Shown: positions 27,801 to 41,541, counted from the first letter of the stretch. The stretch: 64,000 bases of DNA from the human T2T-CHM13v2.0 reference genome, Homo sapiens (GCF_009914755.1 NC_060943.1); one strand, 5' to 3'. Notes: generated by a model from the letters alone, not told the origin. Numbers and translations are program-made.

Positions 27801-30800
27801 GAGTGCTTTGAAGCCTTCCTTGGAAACGGGAATATCTTCACATAAAAACTAGACATAAGCATGCTCAGAAACTCCTTTGTGATCTGTCCATTCAGCTCAC
27901 AGAGTTGAACCTTCCTTTTGATAGAGCAGTTTTGAAACACTCTTTCTGTAGAGTGTGCAAGTGGATATCAGGAGCGCTTTGAGGCCTATGGCAGAAAAAG
28001 AAATATCTGGCTCTAAAAACTAGACAGAAGCATTCTGAGAAACTTCTTTGTGATGTTTGCATTCAACTACCAGAGTTGAACCTTCCTTTTGATAGAGCAG
28101 TTTTGAAACACTCTTTTTGTAGAATCTGCATGTGGATATCTGGAGCGATTTGAGGCCTATGGTCAAAAAGGAAATATCTTCCTATGAAAAACAGACAAAA
28201 GCATTCTCAGAAACTACTTTGAGATATGTGCATTCAACTCACAGAGTTGAAACTTTTTTTTGATAGAGCAGTTTTGAAACACTCTGTAGAATCTGAAAGT
28301 GGATATTTGGAGCTATTTGAGGGCTATGGTGGAAAAGAAAATATATTCCCATTAAACTAGACAGAAGCATCCTCAGAAACTTCTTTATGATGTTTGCATT
28401 AAACTCACAGAGTTGAACATACCTTTCCATAGAGCAGTTTTGAAACACTCTTTTTGGGGAATCCGCAAGTGGATATTTGGACCGCTTTGAGACCTTTGCT
28501 GGAAATGGGAATATCTTCACATATAAACTAGACAGAAGCATTCTCGGAAACTTCTTCGTGATGTGTGCATTCTGCTCCCAAAGTTGAACCTTCCTCTTCA
28601 TAAAGCAGTTTTGAAACACTCTTTTGTACAATCTACCATTGGATATGTGGAAGGCTTTGATGCCCATGGTGGAAAAGGAAACATCCTCATATAAAATCTA
28701 GACAGAAGGATTCACAGAAACTGCTGTGTGATGTGTGCATCGAAATCACGGAGTTGAACTTTTCTTTTGTTAGAGCAGTTTTGAAACCCTGTTTCCGTGG
28801 AATCTGCCAGTGGACATTTGGAGCGCATTGAGGGCTATGGTGGAGAAGGAAATATCTTCACATAAAAACTAGAAAGAAGCATTCTCAGAAACATCTATGT
28901 GAAGTGTGCATTCAACTCACAGAGTTGAACCTTCCTTTTGATAGAAGAGTTTTGAAACACTCTTTTGTACAATTGCAGGTGAATATTTGGAGCGCTTTGA
29001 AGCCTTTGTTGGAAATGGGAATATCCTCACATAAAAACTAGCCAGAAGCATTCTCAGAAACTTCTTTGTGATGTGTGCATTGAACCCAGAGAGATGAACC
29101 GTTCCTTTGAGAGAGCAGTTTTGAAACGTGTTCTTGTAAGATCTGCAAGTGGATATTTGGGGCGCTTTGAGCCCTTAGGTGTAAACGGGAATATCTTCGA
29201 ATAAAAACTAGACAGAATTATTCTCAGAATCTTCTTTGTGATGTGGGCATTCAACTAACACAGTTGAACATGTCTTTTGACAGAGCAGTTCTGAAACACT
29301 CTTTTTGTAGAATCCGCCAGTGGATATTTGGAGCGCTTTGAGGGGTATTGTGCAAATGGAAATATCTTCACCTAAAAACTAGACCGAAGCAATCCCAGAA
29401 ACTACTTTGTGATGTTTGCATTCAACTCACAGAGTTGAACCTACCTCTTCATAGAGCAGTTTGGAAAACCTCTTTTTGTAGAATCTGCAAGTGGATATTT
29501 GGACCACTTTGAGGCCTTCATAGGAAACAGTACTATCTTCACATAAAAACTAGGTAGAAGCATTGTCAGAAAATTCTTTGTGATGTGTGAATTCAACTCA
29601 CAGAGTTGAACCTTCCTTTAATAGAGCAGTTTTGAAACACTCTTTTTGTAGAATCTGCAAGTAGATATTTGGAGCGCTTTGAGGCCTTCGTTGGAAACCG
29701 GAATATCTTCACATAAAAAGTAGATAGAGGCATTCTCAGAAACTTTTTTGTCATATGTAGATTCAACTCACAGCGCTGAACCTTTCTTTTGATAGAGCAG
29801 TTTTGAAAAACTCTTTTATCGAATCTGCAAGTAGACATTTGGAGTGCTTTGAGGGCTGTGGTCGAAAAGGAAATATCTTCACATAGAAACTAGACTGAAG
29901 CATTCTCAGCAACTTCTTGGTGACGTTTGCATTCATCTCACAGTGTTGAACATACCTTTTCATAGAGCAGTTTTGAAACACTATTTTTGTAGTATCTGCA
30001 AGTGGATATTTGGACTGCTTTGAGGCCTTCATTGGAAACGGGAATATCTTCACATAAACACTAGACAGAAGCATTCTCTGAAACTTCTTTGTGATGTGTG
30101 TATTCATCTCACAGAGTTGAACCATCTTTTTTATGGAGCGGTTTTGAAACAGTGTTTTTGTAGAATCAGCAATTGGATATTTGGAGCGCTTTGAGGCCTC
30201 TGGTGGAAAGGGAATGTCTTCACATAAAAACTGGACAGAAGCATTCTCAGAAACATCTTTGTGATGTTTGCATTCAACTCACAGAGTTGATCCTTCCTTT
30301 TAATAGGGCAGTTTTGCAACACTCTTTTTGTAGAATGCACCAGTGGGCTTTTGGAGCACGTCAAGGGCTATGGTGAAAAAGGAAATATCTTCACATAAAA
30401 ACTAGACCGAAGTATTGTGTAAAACTCCTTTGTGATGTTTGCATTCAACTCAGAAAGTTGAACTTCTCTTTATATAGTCCAGTTTTCAAACACTATTTTT
30501 GTAGAATCTGCAAGTGGATACTGGGACTGCTTTGAGGCCTTCATTGGAAACGGGATTATCTTCACATAAAAACTAGACTGAAGGATTCTTAGAAACTTCT
30601 TTGTGATGTGTGCCTTCAACTCACCGAGTGGAACCTCACTTTTGATAGAGCAGAGTTGAAAGACACTTGTTGTAGAATCTGCAGGTGGATATTTGGAGTG
30701 CTTTGAAGCCTTCCTTGGAAACGGGAATATCTTCACATAAAAACTAGACATAAGCATGCTCAGAAACTCCTTTGTGATCTGTCCATTCAGCTCACAGAGT

Positions 30801-33800
30801 TGAACCTTCCTTTTGATAGAGCAGTTTTGAAACACTCTTTCTGTAGAGTGTGCAAGTGGATATCAGGAGCGCTTTGAGGCCTATGGCAGAAAAAGAAATA
30901 TCTGGCTCTAAAAACTAGACAGAAGCATTCTGAGAAACTTCTTTGTGATGTTTGCATTCAACTACCAGAGTTGAACCTTCCTTTTGATAGAGCAGTTTTG
31001 AAACACTCTTTTTGTAGAATCTGCATGTGGATATCTGGAGCGATTTGAGGCCTATGGTCAAAAAGGAAATATCTTCCTATGAAAAACAGACAAAAGCATT
31101 CTCAGAAACTACTTTGAGATATGTGCATTCAACTCACAGAGTTGAAACTTTTTTTTGATAGAGCAGTTTTGAAACACTCTGTAGAATCTGAAAGTGGATA
31201 TTTGGAGCTATTTGAGGGCTATGGTGGAAAAGAAAATATATTCCCATTAAACTAGACAGAAGCATCCTCAGAAACTTCTTTATGATGTTTGCATTAAACT
31301 CACAGAGTTGAACATACCTTTCCATAGAGCAGTTTTGAAACACTCTTTTTGGGGAATCCGCAAGTGGATATTTGGACCGCTTTGAGACCTTTGCTGGAAA
31401 TGGGAATATCTTCACATATAAACTAGACAGAAGCATTCTCGGAAACTTCTTCGTGATGTGTGCATTCTGCTCCCAAAGTTGAACCTTCCTTTTCATAAAG
31501 CAGTTTTGAAACACTCTTTTGTACAATCTACCATTGGATATGTGGAAGGCTTTGATGCCCATGGTAGAAATGGAAACATCCTCATATAAAATCTAGACAG
31601 AAGGATTCACAGAAACTGCTGTGTGATGTGTGCATCCAAATCACGGAGTTGAACTTTTCTTTTGTTAGAGCAGTTTTGAAACCCTGTTTCCGTGGAATCT
31701 GCCAGTGGACATTTGGAGCGCATTGAGGGCTATGGTGGAGAAGGAAATATCTTCACATAAAAACTAGAAAGAAGCATTCTCAGAAACATCTATGTGAAGT
31801 ATGCATTCAACTCACAGAGTTGAACCTTCCTTTTGATAGAAGAGTTTTGAAACACTCTTTTGTACAATTGCAGGTGAATATTTGGAGCGCTTTGAAGCCT
31901 TTGTTGGAAATGGGAATATCCTCACATTAAAAACTAGCCAGAAGCATTCTCAGAAACTTCTTTGTGATGTGTGCATTGAACCCAGAGAGATGAACCGTTC
32001 CTTTGAGAGAGCAGTTTTGAAACGTGTTTTTGTAAGATCTGCAAGTGGATATTTGGGGCGCTTTGAGTCCTTAGGTGGAAACGGGAATATCTTCGAATAA
32101 AAACTAGACAGAATTATTCTCAGAATCTTCTTTGTGATGTGGGCATTCAACTAACACAGTTGAACATTTCTTTTGACAGAGCAGTTCTGAAACACTCTTT
32201 TTGTAGAATCCGCCAGTGGATATTTGGAGCGCTTTGAGGGCTATTGTGCAAATGGAAATATCTTCACCTAAAAACTAGACCGAAGCAATCCCAGAAACTA
32301 CTTTGTGATGTTTGCATTCAACTCACAGAGTTGAACCTACCTCTTCATAGAGCAGTTTGGAAAACCTCTTTTTGTAGAATCTGCAAGTGGATATTTGGAC
32401 CACTTTGAGGCCTTCATAGGAAACAGTACTATCTTCACATAAAAACTAGGTAGAAGCATTGTCAGAAAATTCTTTGTGATGTGTGAATTCAACTCACAGA
32501 GTTGAACCTTCCTTTAATAGAGCAGTTTTGAAACACTCTTTTTGTAGAATCTGCAAGTAGATATTTGGAGCGCTTTGAGGCCTTCGTTGGAAACCGGAAT
32601 ATCTTCACATAAAAAGTAGATAGAGGCATTCTCAGAAACTTTTTTGTGATATGTAGATTCAACTCACAGCGCTGAACCTTTCTTTTGATAGAGCAGTTTT
32701 GAAAAACTCTTTTATCGAATCTGCAAGTAGACATTTGGAGTGCTTTGAGGGCTGTGGTCGAAAAGGAAATATCTTCACATAGAAACTAGACTGAAGCATT
32801 CTCAGCAACTTCTTTGTGACGTTTGCATTCATCTCACAGTGTTGAACATACCTTTTCATAGAGCAGTTTTGAAACACTATTTTTGTAGTATCTGCAAGTG
32901 GATATTTGGACTGCTTTGAGGCCTTCATTGGAAACGGGAATATCTTCACATAAACACTAGACAGAAGCATTCTCTGAAACTTCTTTGTGATGTGTGTATT
33001 CATCTCACAGAGTTGAACCATCTTTTTTATGGAGCGGTTTTGAAACAGTGTTTTTGTAGAATCAGCAATTGGATATTTGGAGCGCTTTGAGGCCTCTGGT
33101 GGAAAGGGAATGTCTTCACATAAAAACTGGACAGAAGCATTCTCAGAAACATCTTTGTGATGTTTGCATTCAACTCACAGAGTTGATCCTTCCTTTTAAT
33201 AGGGCAGTTTTGCAACACTCTTTTTGTAGAATGCACCAGTGGGCTTTTGGAGCACGTCAAGGGCTATGGTGAAAAAGGAAATATCTTCACATAAAAACTA
33301 GACCGAAGTATTGTGTAAAACTCCTTTGTGATGTTTGCATTCAACTCAGAAAGTTGAACTTCTCTTTATATAGTCCAGTTTTCAAACACTATTTTTGTAG
33401 AATCTGCAAGTGGATACTGGGACTGCTTTGAGGCCTTCATTGGAAACGGGATTATCTTCACATAAAAACTAGACTGAAGGATTCTTAGAAACTTCTTTGT
33501 GATGTGTGCCTTCAACTCACCGAGTGGAACCTCACTTTTGATAGAGCAGAGTTGAAAGACACTTGTTGTAGAATCTGCAGGTGGATATTTGGAGTGCTTT
33601 GAAGCCTTCCTTGGAAACGGGAATATCTTCACATAAAAACTAGACATAAGCATGCTCAGAAACTCCTTTGTGATCTGTCCATTCAGCTCACAGAGTTGAA
33701 CCTTCCTTTTGATAGAGCAGTTTTGAAACACTCTTTCTGTAGAGTGTGCAAGTGGATATCAGGAGCGCTTTGAGGCCTATGGCAGAAAAAGAAATATCTG

Positions 33801-36330
33801 GCTCTAAAAACTAGACAGAAGCATTCTGAGAAACTTCTTTGTGATGTTTGCATTCAACTACCAGAGTTGAACCTTCCTTTTGATAGAGCAGTTTTGAAAC
33901 ACTCTTTTTGTAGAATCTGCATGTGGATATCTGGAGCGATTTGAGGCCTATGGTCAAAAAGGAAATATCTTCCTATGAAAAACAGACAAAAGCATTCTCA
34001 GAAACTACTTTGAGATATGTGCATTCAACTCACAGAGTTGAAACTTTTTTTTGATAGAGCAGTTTTGAAACACTCTGTAGAATCTGAAAGTGGATATTTG
34101 GAGCTATTTGAGGGCTATGGTGGAAAAGAAAATATATTCCCATTAAACTAGACAGAAGCATCCTCAGAAACTTCTTTATGATGTTTGCATTAAACTCACA
34201 GAGTTGAACATACCTTTCCATAGAGCAGTTTTGAAACACTCTTTTTGGGGAATCCGCAAGTGGATATTTGGACCGCTTTGAGACCTTTGCTGGAAATGGG
34301 AATATCTTCACATATAAACTAGACAGAAGCATTCTCGGAAACTTCTTCGTGATGTGTGCATTCTGCTCCCAAAGTTGAACCTTCCTTTTCATAAAGCAGT
34401 TTTGAAACACTCTTTTGTACAATCTACCATTGGATATGTGGAAGGCTTTGATGCCCATGGTAGAAATGGAAACATCCTCATATAAAATCTAGACAGAAGG
34501 ATTCACAGAAACTGCTGTGTGATGTGTGCATCCAAATCACGGAGTTGAACTTTTCTTTTGTTAGAGCAGTTTTGAAACCCTGTTTCCGTGGAATCTGCCA
34601 GTGGACATTTGGAGCGCATTGAGGGCTATGGTGGAGAAGGAAATATCTTCACATAAAAACTAGAAAGAAGCATTCTCAGAAACATCTATGTGAAGTATGC
34701 ATTCAACTCACAGAGTTGAACCTTCCTTTTGATAGAAGAGTTTTGAAACACTCTTTTGTACAATTGCAGGTGAATATTTGGAGCGCTTTGAAGCCTTTGT
34801 TGGAAATGGGAATATCCTCACATTAAAAACTAGCCAGAAGCATTCTCAGAAACTTCTTTGTGATGTGTGCATTGAACCCAGAGAGATGAACCGTTCCTTT
34901 GAGAGAGCAGTTTTGAAACGTGTTTTTGTAAGATCTGCAAGTGGATATTTGGGGCGCTTTGAGTCCTTAGGTGGAAACGGGAATATCTTCGAATAAAAAC
35001 TAGACAGAATTATTCTCAGAATCTTCTTTGTGATGTGGGCATTCAACTAACACAGTTGAACATTTCTTTTGACAGAGCAGTTCTGAAACACTCTTTTTGT
35101 AGAATCCGCCAGTGGATATTTGGAGCGCTTTGAGGGCTATTGTGCAAATGGAAATATCTTCACCTAAAAACTAGACCGAAGCAATCCCAGAAACTACTTT
35201 GTGATGTTTGCATTCAACTCACAGAGTTGAACCTACCTCTTCATAGAGCAGTTTGGAAAACCTCTTTTTGTAGAATCTGCAAGTGGATATTTGGACCACT
35301 TTGAGGCCTTCATAGGAAACAGTACTATCTTCACATAAAAACTAGGTAGAAGCATTCTCAGAAACTTCTTTGTGATGTGTGAATTCAACTCACAGAGTTG
35401 AACCTTCCATTAATAGAGCAGTTTTGAAACACTCTTTTTCTAGAATCTGCAAGTAGATATTTGGAGCGCTTTGAGGCCTTCGTTGGAAACCGGAATATCT
35501 TCACATAAAAAGTAGATAGAGGCATTCTCAGAAACATTTTTGTGATATGTAGATTCAACTCACAGCGTTGAACCTTTCTTTTGATAGAGCAGTTTTGAAA
35601 AACTCTTTTATCGAATCTGCAAGTAGACATTTGGAGTGCTTTGAGGGCTGTGGTCGAAAAGGAAATATCTTCACATAGAAACTAGACTGAAGCATTCTCA
35701 GCAACTTCTTTGTGACGTTTGCATTCATCTCACAGTGTTGAACATACCTTTTCATAGAGCAGTTTTGAAACACTATTTTTGTAGTATCTGCAAGTGGATA
35801 TTTGGACTGCTTTGAGACCTTCATTGGAAACGGGAATATCTTCACATAAACACTAGACAGAAGCATTCTCTGAAACTTCTTTGTGATGTGTGTATTCAAC
35901 TCACAGAGTGGAACCATCTTTTTTATGGAGCGGTTTTGAAACAGTGTTTTTGTAGAATCAGCAATTGGATATTTGGAGCGCTTTGAGGCCTCTGGTGGAA
36001 AGGGAATGTCTTCACATAAAAACTGGACAGAAGCATTCTCAGAAACATCTTTGTGATGTTTGCATTCAACTCACAGAGTTGATCCTTCCTTTTAATAGGG
36101 CAGTTTTGCAACACTCTTTTTGTAGAATGCACCAGTGGGCTTTTGGAGCACGTCAAGGGCTTTGGTGAAAAAGGAAATATCTTCACATAAAAACTAGACA
36201 GAAGTATTCTGTAAAACTCCTTTGTGATGTTTGCATTCAACTCAGAAAGTTGAACTTCTCTTTATATAGTCCAGTTTTCAAACACTATTTTTGTAGAATC
36301 TGCAAGTGGATACTGGGACTGCTTTGAGGC

Positions 36331-36347
36331 CTTCGTTGGAAACGGGA
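36331..36347 (+). other. CENP-B box (canonical)
   Basis: CTTCGTTGGAAACGGGA in monomer 6. Confidence 0.92.
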
Positions 36348-39226
36348 TTATCTTCACATAAAAACTAGACTGAAGGATTCTTAGAAACTTCTTTGTGATG
36401 TGTGCATTCAACTCACCGAGTGGAACCTCACTTTTGATAGAGCAGTGTTGAAAGACACTTGTTGTAGAATCTGCAGGTGGATATTTGGAGTGCTTTGAAG
36501 CCTTCCTTGGAAACGGGAATATCTTCACATAAAAACTAGACATAAGCATTCTCAGAAACTCCTTTGTGATCTGTCCATTCAGCTCACAGAGTTGAACCTT
36601 CCTTTTGATAGAGCAGTTTTGAAACACTCTTTCTGTAGAGTGTGCAAGTGGATATCAGGAGCGCTTCGAGGCCTATGGCAGAAAAAGAAATATCTGGCTC
36701 TAAAAACTAGACAGAAGCATTCTGAGAAACTTCTTTGTGATGTTTGCATTCAACTACCAGAGTTGAACCTTCCTTTTGATAGAGCAGTTTCGAAACACTC
36801 TTTTCGTAGAATCTGCATGTGGATATCTGGAGCGATTTGAGGCCTATGGTCAAAAAGGAAATATCTTCCTATGAAAAACAGACAAAAGCATTCTCAGAAA
36901 CTACTTTGAGATATGTGCATTTAACTCACAGAGTTGAAACTTTTTTTTGATAGAGCAGTTTTGAAACACTCTGTAAAATCTGAAAGTGGATATTTGGAGC
37001 TATTTGAGGGCTATGGTGGTAAAGAAAATATATTCCCATTAAACTAGACAGAAGCATCCTCAGAAACTTCTTTATGATGTTTGCATTAAACTCACAGAGT
37101 TGAACACACCATTCCATAGAGCAGTTTTGAAACACTCTTTTTGGGGAATCCGCAAGTGGATATTTGGACCGCTTTGAGACCTTTGCTGGAAATGGGAATA
37201 TCTTCACATATAAACTAGACAGAAGCATTCTCGGAAACTTCTTCATGATGTGTGCATTCTGCTCCCAAAGTTGAACCTTCCTTTTCATAAAGCAGTTTTG
37301 AAACACTCTTTTGTACAATCTACCATTGGATATGTGGAAGGCTTTGATGCCCATGGTAGAAAAGGATACATCCTCATATGAAAATCTAGACAGAAGGATT
37401 CACAGAAACTGCTGTGTGATGTGTGCATCCAAATCACGGAGTTGAACTTTTCTTTTGTTAGAGCAGTTTTGAAACCCCGTTTCCGTGGAATCTGCCAGTG
37501 GACATTTGGAGCGCATTGAGGGCTATGGTGGAGAAGGAAATATCTTCACATAAAAACTAGAAAGAAGCATTCTCAGAAACATCTATGTGAAGTGTGCATT
37601 CAACTCACAGAGTTGAACCTTCCTTTTGATAGAAGAGTTTTGAAACACTCTTTTGTACAATTGCAGGTGAATATTTGGAGCGCTTTGAAGCCTTTGTTGG
37701 AAATGGGAATATCCTCACATAAAAACTAGCCAGAAGTACTCTCAGAAACTTCTTTGTGATGTGTGCATTGAACCCAGAGAGATGAACCGTTCCTTTGAGA
37801 GAGCAGTTTTGAAACGTGTTTTTGTAAGATCTGCAAGTGGATATTTGGGGCGCTTTGAGCCCTTAGGTGGAAACGGGAATATCTTCGAATAAAAACTAGA
37901 CAGAATTACTCTCAGAATCTTCTTTGTGATGTGGGCATTCAACTAACACAGTTGAACATGTCTTTTGACAGAGCAGTTCTGAAACACTCTTTTTGTAGAA
38001 TCCGCCAGTGGATATTTGGAGCGCTTTGAGGGCTATTGTGCAAATGGAAATATCTTCACCTAAAAACTAGACCGAAGCAATCCCAGAAACTACTTTGTGA
38101 TGTTTGCATTAAACTCATAGAGTTGAACCTACCTCTTCATAGAGCAGTTTGGAATACCTCTTTTTGTAGAATCTGCAAGTGGATATTTGGACCACTTTGA
38201 GGCCTTCATAGGAAACAGTACTATCTTCACATAAAAACTAGGTAGAAGCATTGTCAGAAAGTTCTTTGTGATGTGTGAATTCAACTCACAGAGTTGAACC
38301 TTCCTTTAATAGAGCAGTTTTGAAACACTCTTTTTGTAGAATCTGCCAGTAGATATTTGGAGCGCTTTCAGGCCTTCGTTGGAAACCGGAATATCTTCAC
38401 ATAAAAAGTAGATAGAGGCATTCTCAGAAACTTTTTTGTGATATGTAGATTCAACTCACAGCGCTGAACCTTTCTTTTGATAGAGCAGTTTTGAAAAACT
38501 CTTTTATCGAATCTGCAAGTAGACATTTGGAGTGCTTTGAGGGCTGTGGTCGAAAAGGAAATATCTTCACATAGAAACTAGACTGAAGCATTCTCAGCAA
38601 CTTCTTTGTGACGTTTGCATTCATCTCACAGTGTTGAACATACCTTTTCATAGAGCAGTTTTGAAACACTATTTTTGTAGTATCTGCAAGTGGATATTTG
38701 GACTGCTTTGAGGCCTTCATTGGAAACGGGAATATCTTCACATAAACACTAGACAGAAGCATTCTCTGAAACTTCTTTGTGATGTGTGTATTCAACTCAC
38801 AGAGTTGAACCATCTTTTTTATGGAGCGGTTTTGAAACAGTGTTTTTGTAGAATCAGCAAGTGGATATTTGGAGCGCTTTGAGGCCTCTGGTGGAAAGGG
38901 AATGTCTTCACATAAAAACTGGACAGAAGCATTCTCAGAAACATCTTTGTGATGTTTGCATTCAACTCACAGAGTTGATCCTTCCTTTTAATAGGGCAGT
39001 TTTGCATCACTCTTTTTGTAGAATGCACCAGTGGGCTTTTGGAGCACGTCAAGGGCTATGGTGAAAAAGGAAATATCTTCACATAAAAACTAGACAGAAG
39101 TATTCTGTAAAACTCCTTTGTGATGTTTGCATTCAACTCAGAAAGTTGAACTTCTCTTTATATAGTCCAGTTTTCAAACACTATTTTTGTAGAATCTGCA
39201 AGTGGATACTGGGACTGCTTTGAGGC

Positions 39227-39243
39227 CTTCGTTGGAAACGGGT
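39227..39243 (+). other. CENP-B box (core intact, adjacent 2-bp deletion)
   Basis: CTTCGTTGGAAACGGGT, same variant as at 21856. Confidence 0.82.
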
Positions 39244-41541
39244 ATCTTCACATAAAAACTAGACTGAAGGATTCTTAGAAACTTCTTTGTGATGTGTGCA
39301 TTCAACTCACCGAGTGGAACCTCACTTTTGATAGAGCAGTGTTGAAAGACACTTGTTGTAGAATCTGCAGGTGGATATTTGGAGTGCTTTGAAGCCTTCC
39401 TTGGAAACGGGAATATCTTCACATAAAAACTAGACATAAGCATTCTCAGAAACTCCTTTGTGATCTGTCCATTCAGCTCACAGAGTTGAACCTTCCTTTT
39501 GATAGAGCAGTTTTGAAACACTCTTTCTGTAGAGTCTGCAAGTGGATATCAGGAGCGCTTTGAGACCTATGGCAGAAAAAGAAATATCTGGCTCTAAAAA
39601 CTAGACAGAAGCATTCTGAGAAACTTCTTTGTGATGTTTGCATTCAACTACCAGAGTTGAACCTTCCTTTTTGATAGAGCAGTTTTGAAACACTCTTTGT
39701 GTAGAATCTGCATGTGGATATCTGGAGCGATTTGAGGCCTATGGTCAAAAAGGAAATATCTTCCTAGGAAAAACAGACAAAAGCATTCTCAGAAACTACT
39801 TTGAGATATGTGCATTCAACTCACAGAGTTGAAACTTTTTTTTGATAGAGCAGTTTTGAAACACTCTGTAGAATCTGAAAGTGGATATTTGGAGCTATTT
39901 GAGGGCTATGGTGGAAAAGAAAATATATTCCCATTAAACTAGACAGAAGCATCCTCAGAAACTTCTTTATGATGTTTGCATTAAACTCACAGAGTTGAAC
40001 ATACCTTTCCATAGAGCAGTTTTGAAACACTCTTTTTGGGGAATCCGCAAGTGGATATTTGGACCGCTTTGAGACCTTTGCTGGAAATGGGAATATCTTC
40101 ACATATAAACTAGACAGAAGCATTCTCGGAAACTTCTTCGTGATGTGTGCATTCTGCTCCCAAAGTTGAACCTTCCTCTTCATAAAGCAGTTTTGAAACA
40201 CTCTTTTGTACAATCTACCATTGGATATGTGGAAGGCTTTGATGCCCATGGTAGAAAAGGAAACATCCTCATATAAAATCTAGACAGAAGGATTCACAGA
40301 AACTGCTGTGTGATGTGTGCATCGAAATCACGGAGTTGAACTTTTCTTTTGTTAGAGCAGTTTTGAAACCCTGTTTCCGTGGAATCTGCCAGTGGACATT
40401 TGGAGCGCATTGAGGGCTATGGTGGAGAAGGAAATATCTTCACATAAAAACTAGAAAGAAGCATTCTCAGAAACATCTATGTGAAGTGTGCATTCAACTC
40501 ACAGAGTTGAACCTTCCTTTTGATAGAAGAGTTTTGAAACACTCTTTTGTACAATTGCAGGTGAATATTTGGAGCGCTTTGAAGCCTTTGTTGGAAATGG
40601 GAATATCCTCACATAAAAACTAGCCAGAAGCATTCTCAGAAACTTCTTTGTGATGTGTGCATTGAACCCAGAGAGATGAACCGTTCCTTTGAGAGAGCAG
40701 TTTTGAAACGTGTTCTTGTAAGATCTGCAAGTGGATATTTGGGGCGCTTTGAGCCCTTAGGTGTAAACGGGAATATCTTCGAATAAAAACTAGACAGAAT
40801 TATTCTCAGAATCTTCTTTGTGATGTGGGCATTCAACTAACACAGTTGAACATGTCTTTTGACAGAGCAGTTCTGAAACACTCTTTTTGTAGAATCCGCC
40901 AGTGGATATTTGGAGCGCTTTGAGGGGTATTGTGCAAATGGAAATATCTTCACCTAAAAACTAGACCGAAGCAATCCCAGAAACTACTTTGTGATGTTTG
41001 CATTCAACTCACAGAGTTGAACCTACCTCTTCATAGAGCAGTTTGGAAAACCTCTTTTTGTAGAATCTGCAAGTGGATATTTGGACCACTTTGAGGCCTT
41101 CATAGGAAACAGTACTATCTTCACATAAAAACTAGGTAGAAGCATTGTCAGAAAATTCTTTGTGATGTGTGAATTCAACTCACAGAGTTGAACCTTCCTT
41201 TAATAGAGCAGTTTTGAAACACTCTTTTTGTAGAATCTGCAAGTAGATATTTGGAGCGCTTTGAGGCCTTCGTTGGAAACCGGAATATCTTCACATAAAA
41301 AGTAGATAGAGGCATTCTCAGAAACTTTTTTGTCATATGTAGATTCAACTCACAGCGCTGAACCTTTCTTTTGATAGAGCAGTTTTGAAAAACTCTTTTA
41401 TCGAATCTGCAAGTAGACATTTGGAGTGCTTTGAGGGCTGTGGTCGAAAAGGAAATATCTTCACATAGAAACTAGACTGAAGCATTCTCAGCAACTTCTT
41501 GGTGACGTTTGCATTCATCTCACAGTGTTGAACATACCTTT

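Larger units (their letters stand above)
1..41500 (+). repeat. 17-mer alpha-satellite HOR array (~2,895 bp unit) with three 18-mer variants; probably SF5, chr19 D19Z1/pG-A16-like
   Basis: One GAATTC per unit at 129, 3195, 6090, 9156, 12221, 15115, 18011, 20906, 23800, 26694, 29589, 32485, 35381, 38277, 41171. Spacings are 2894-2896 bp (17 monomers) or 3065-3066 bp (18 monomers), and the ORF track shows the same periodicity. A-type and B-type box regions alternate irregularly, as in SF5. Chromosome/locus name is from memory of unit size only. Confidence 0.93.
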
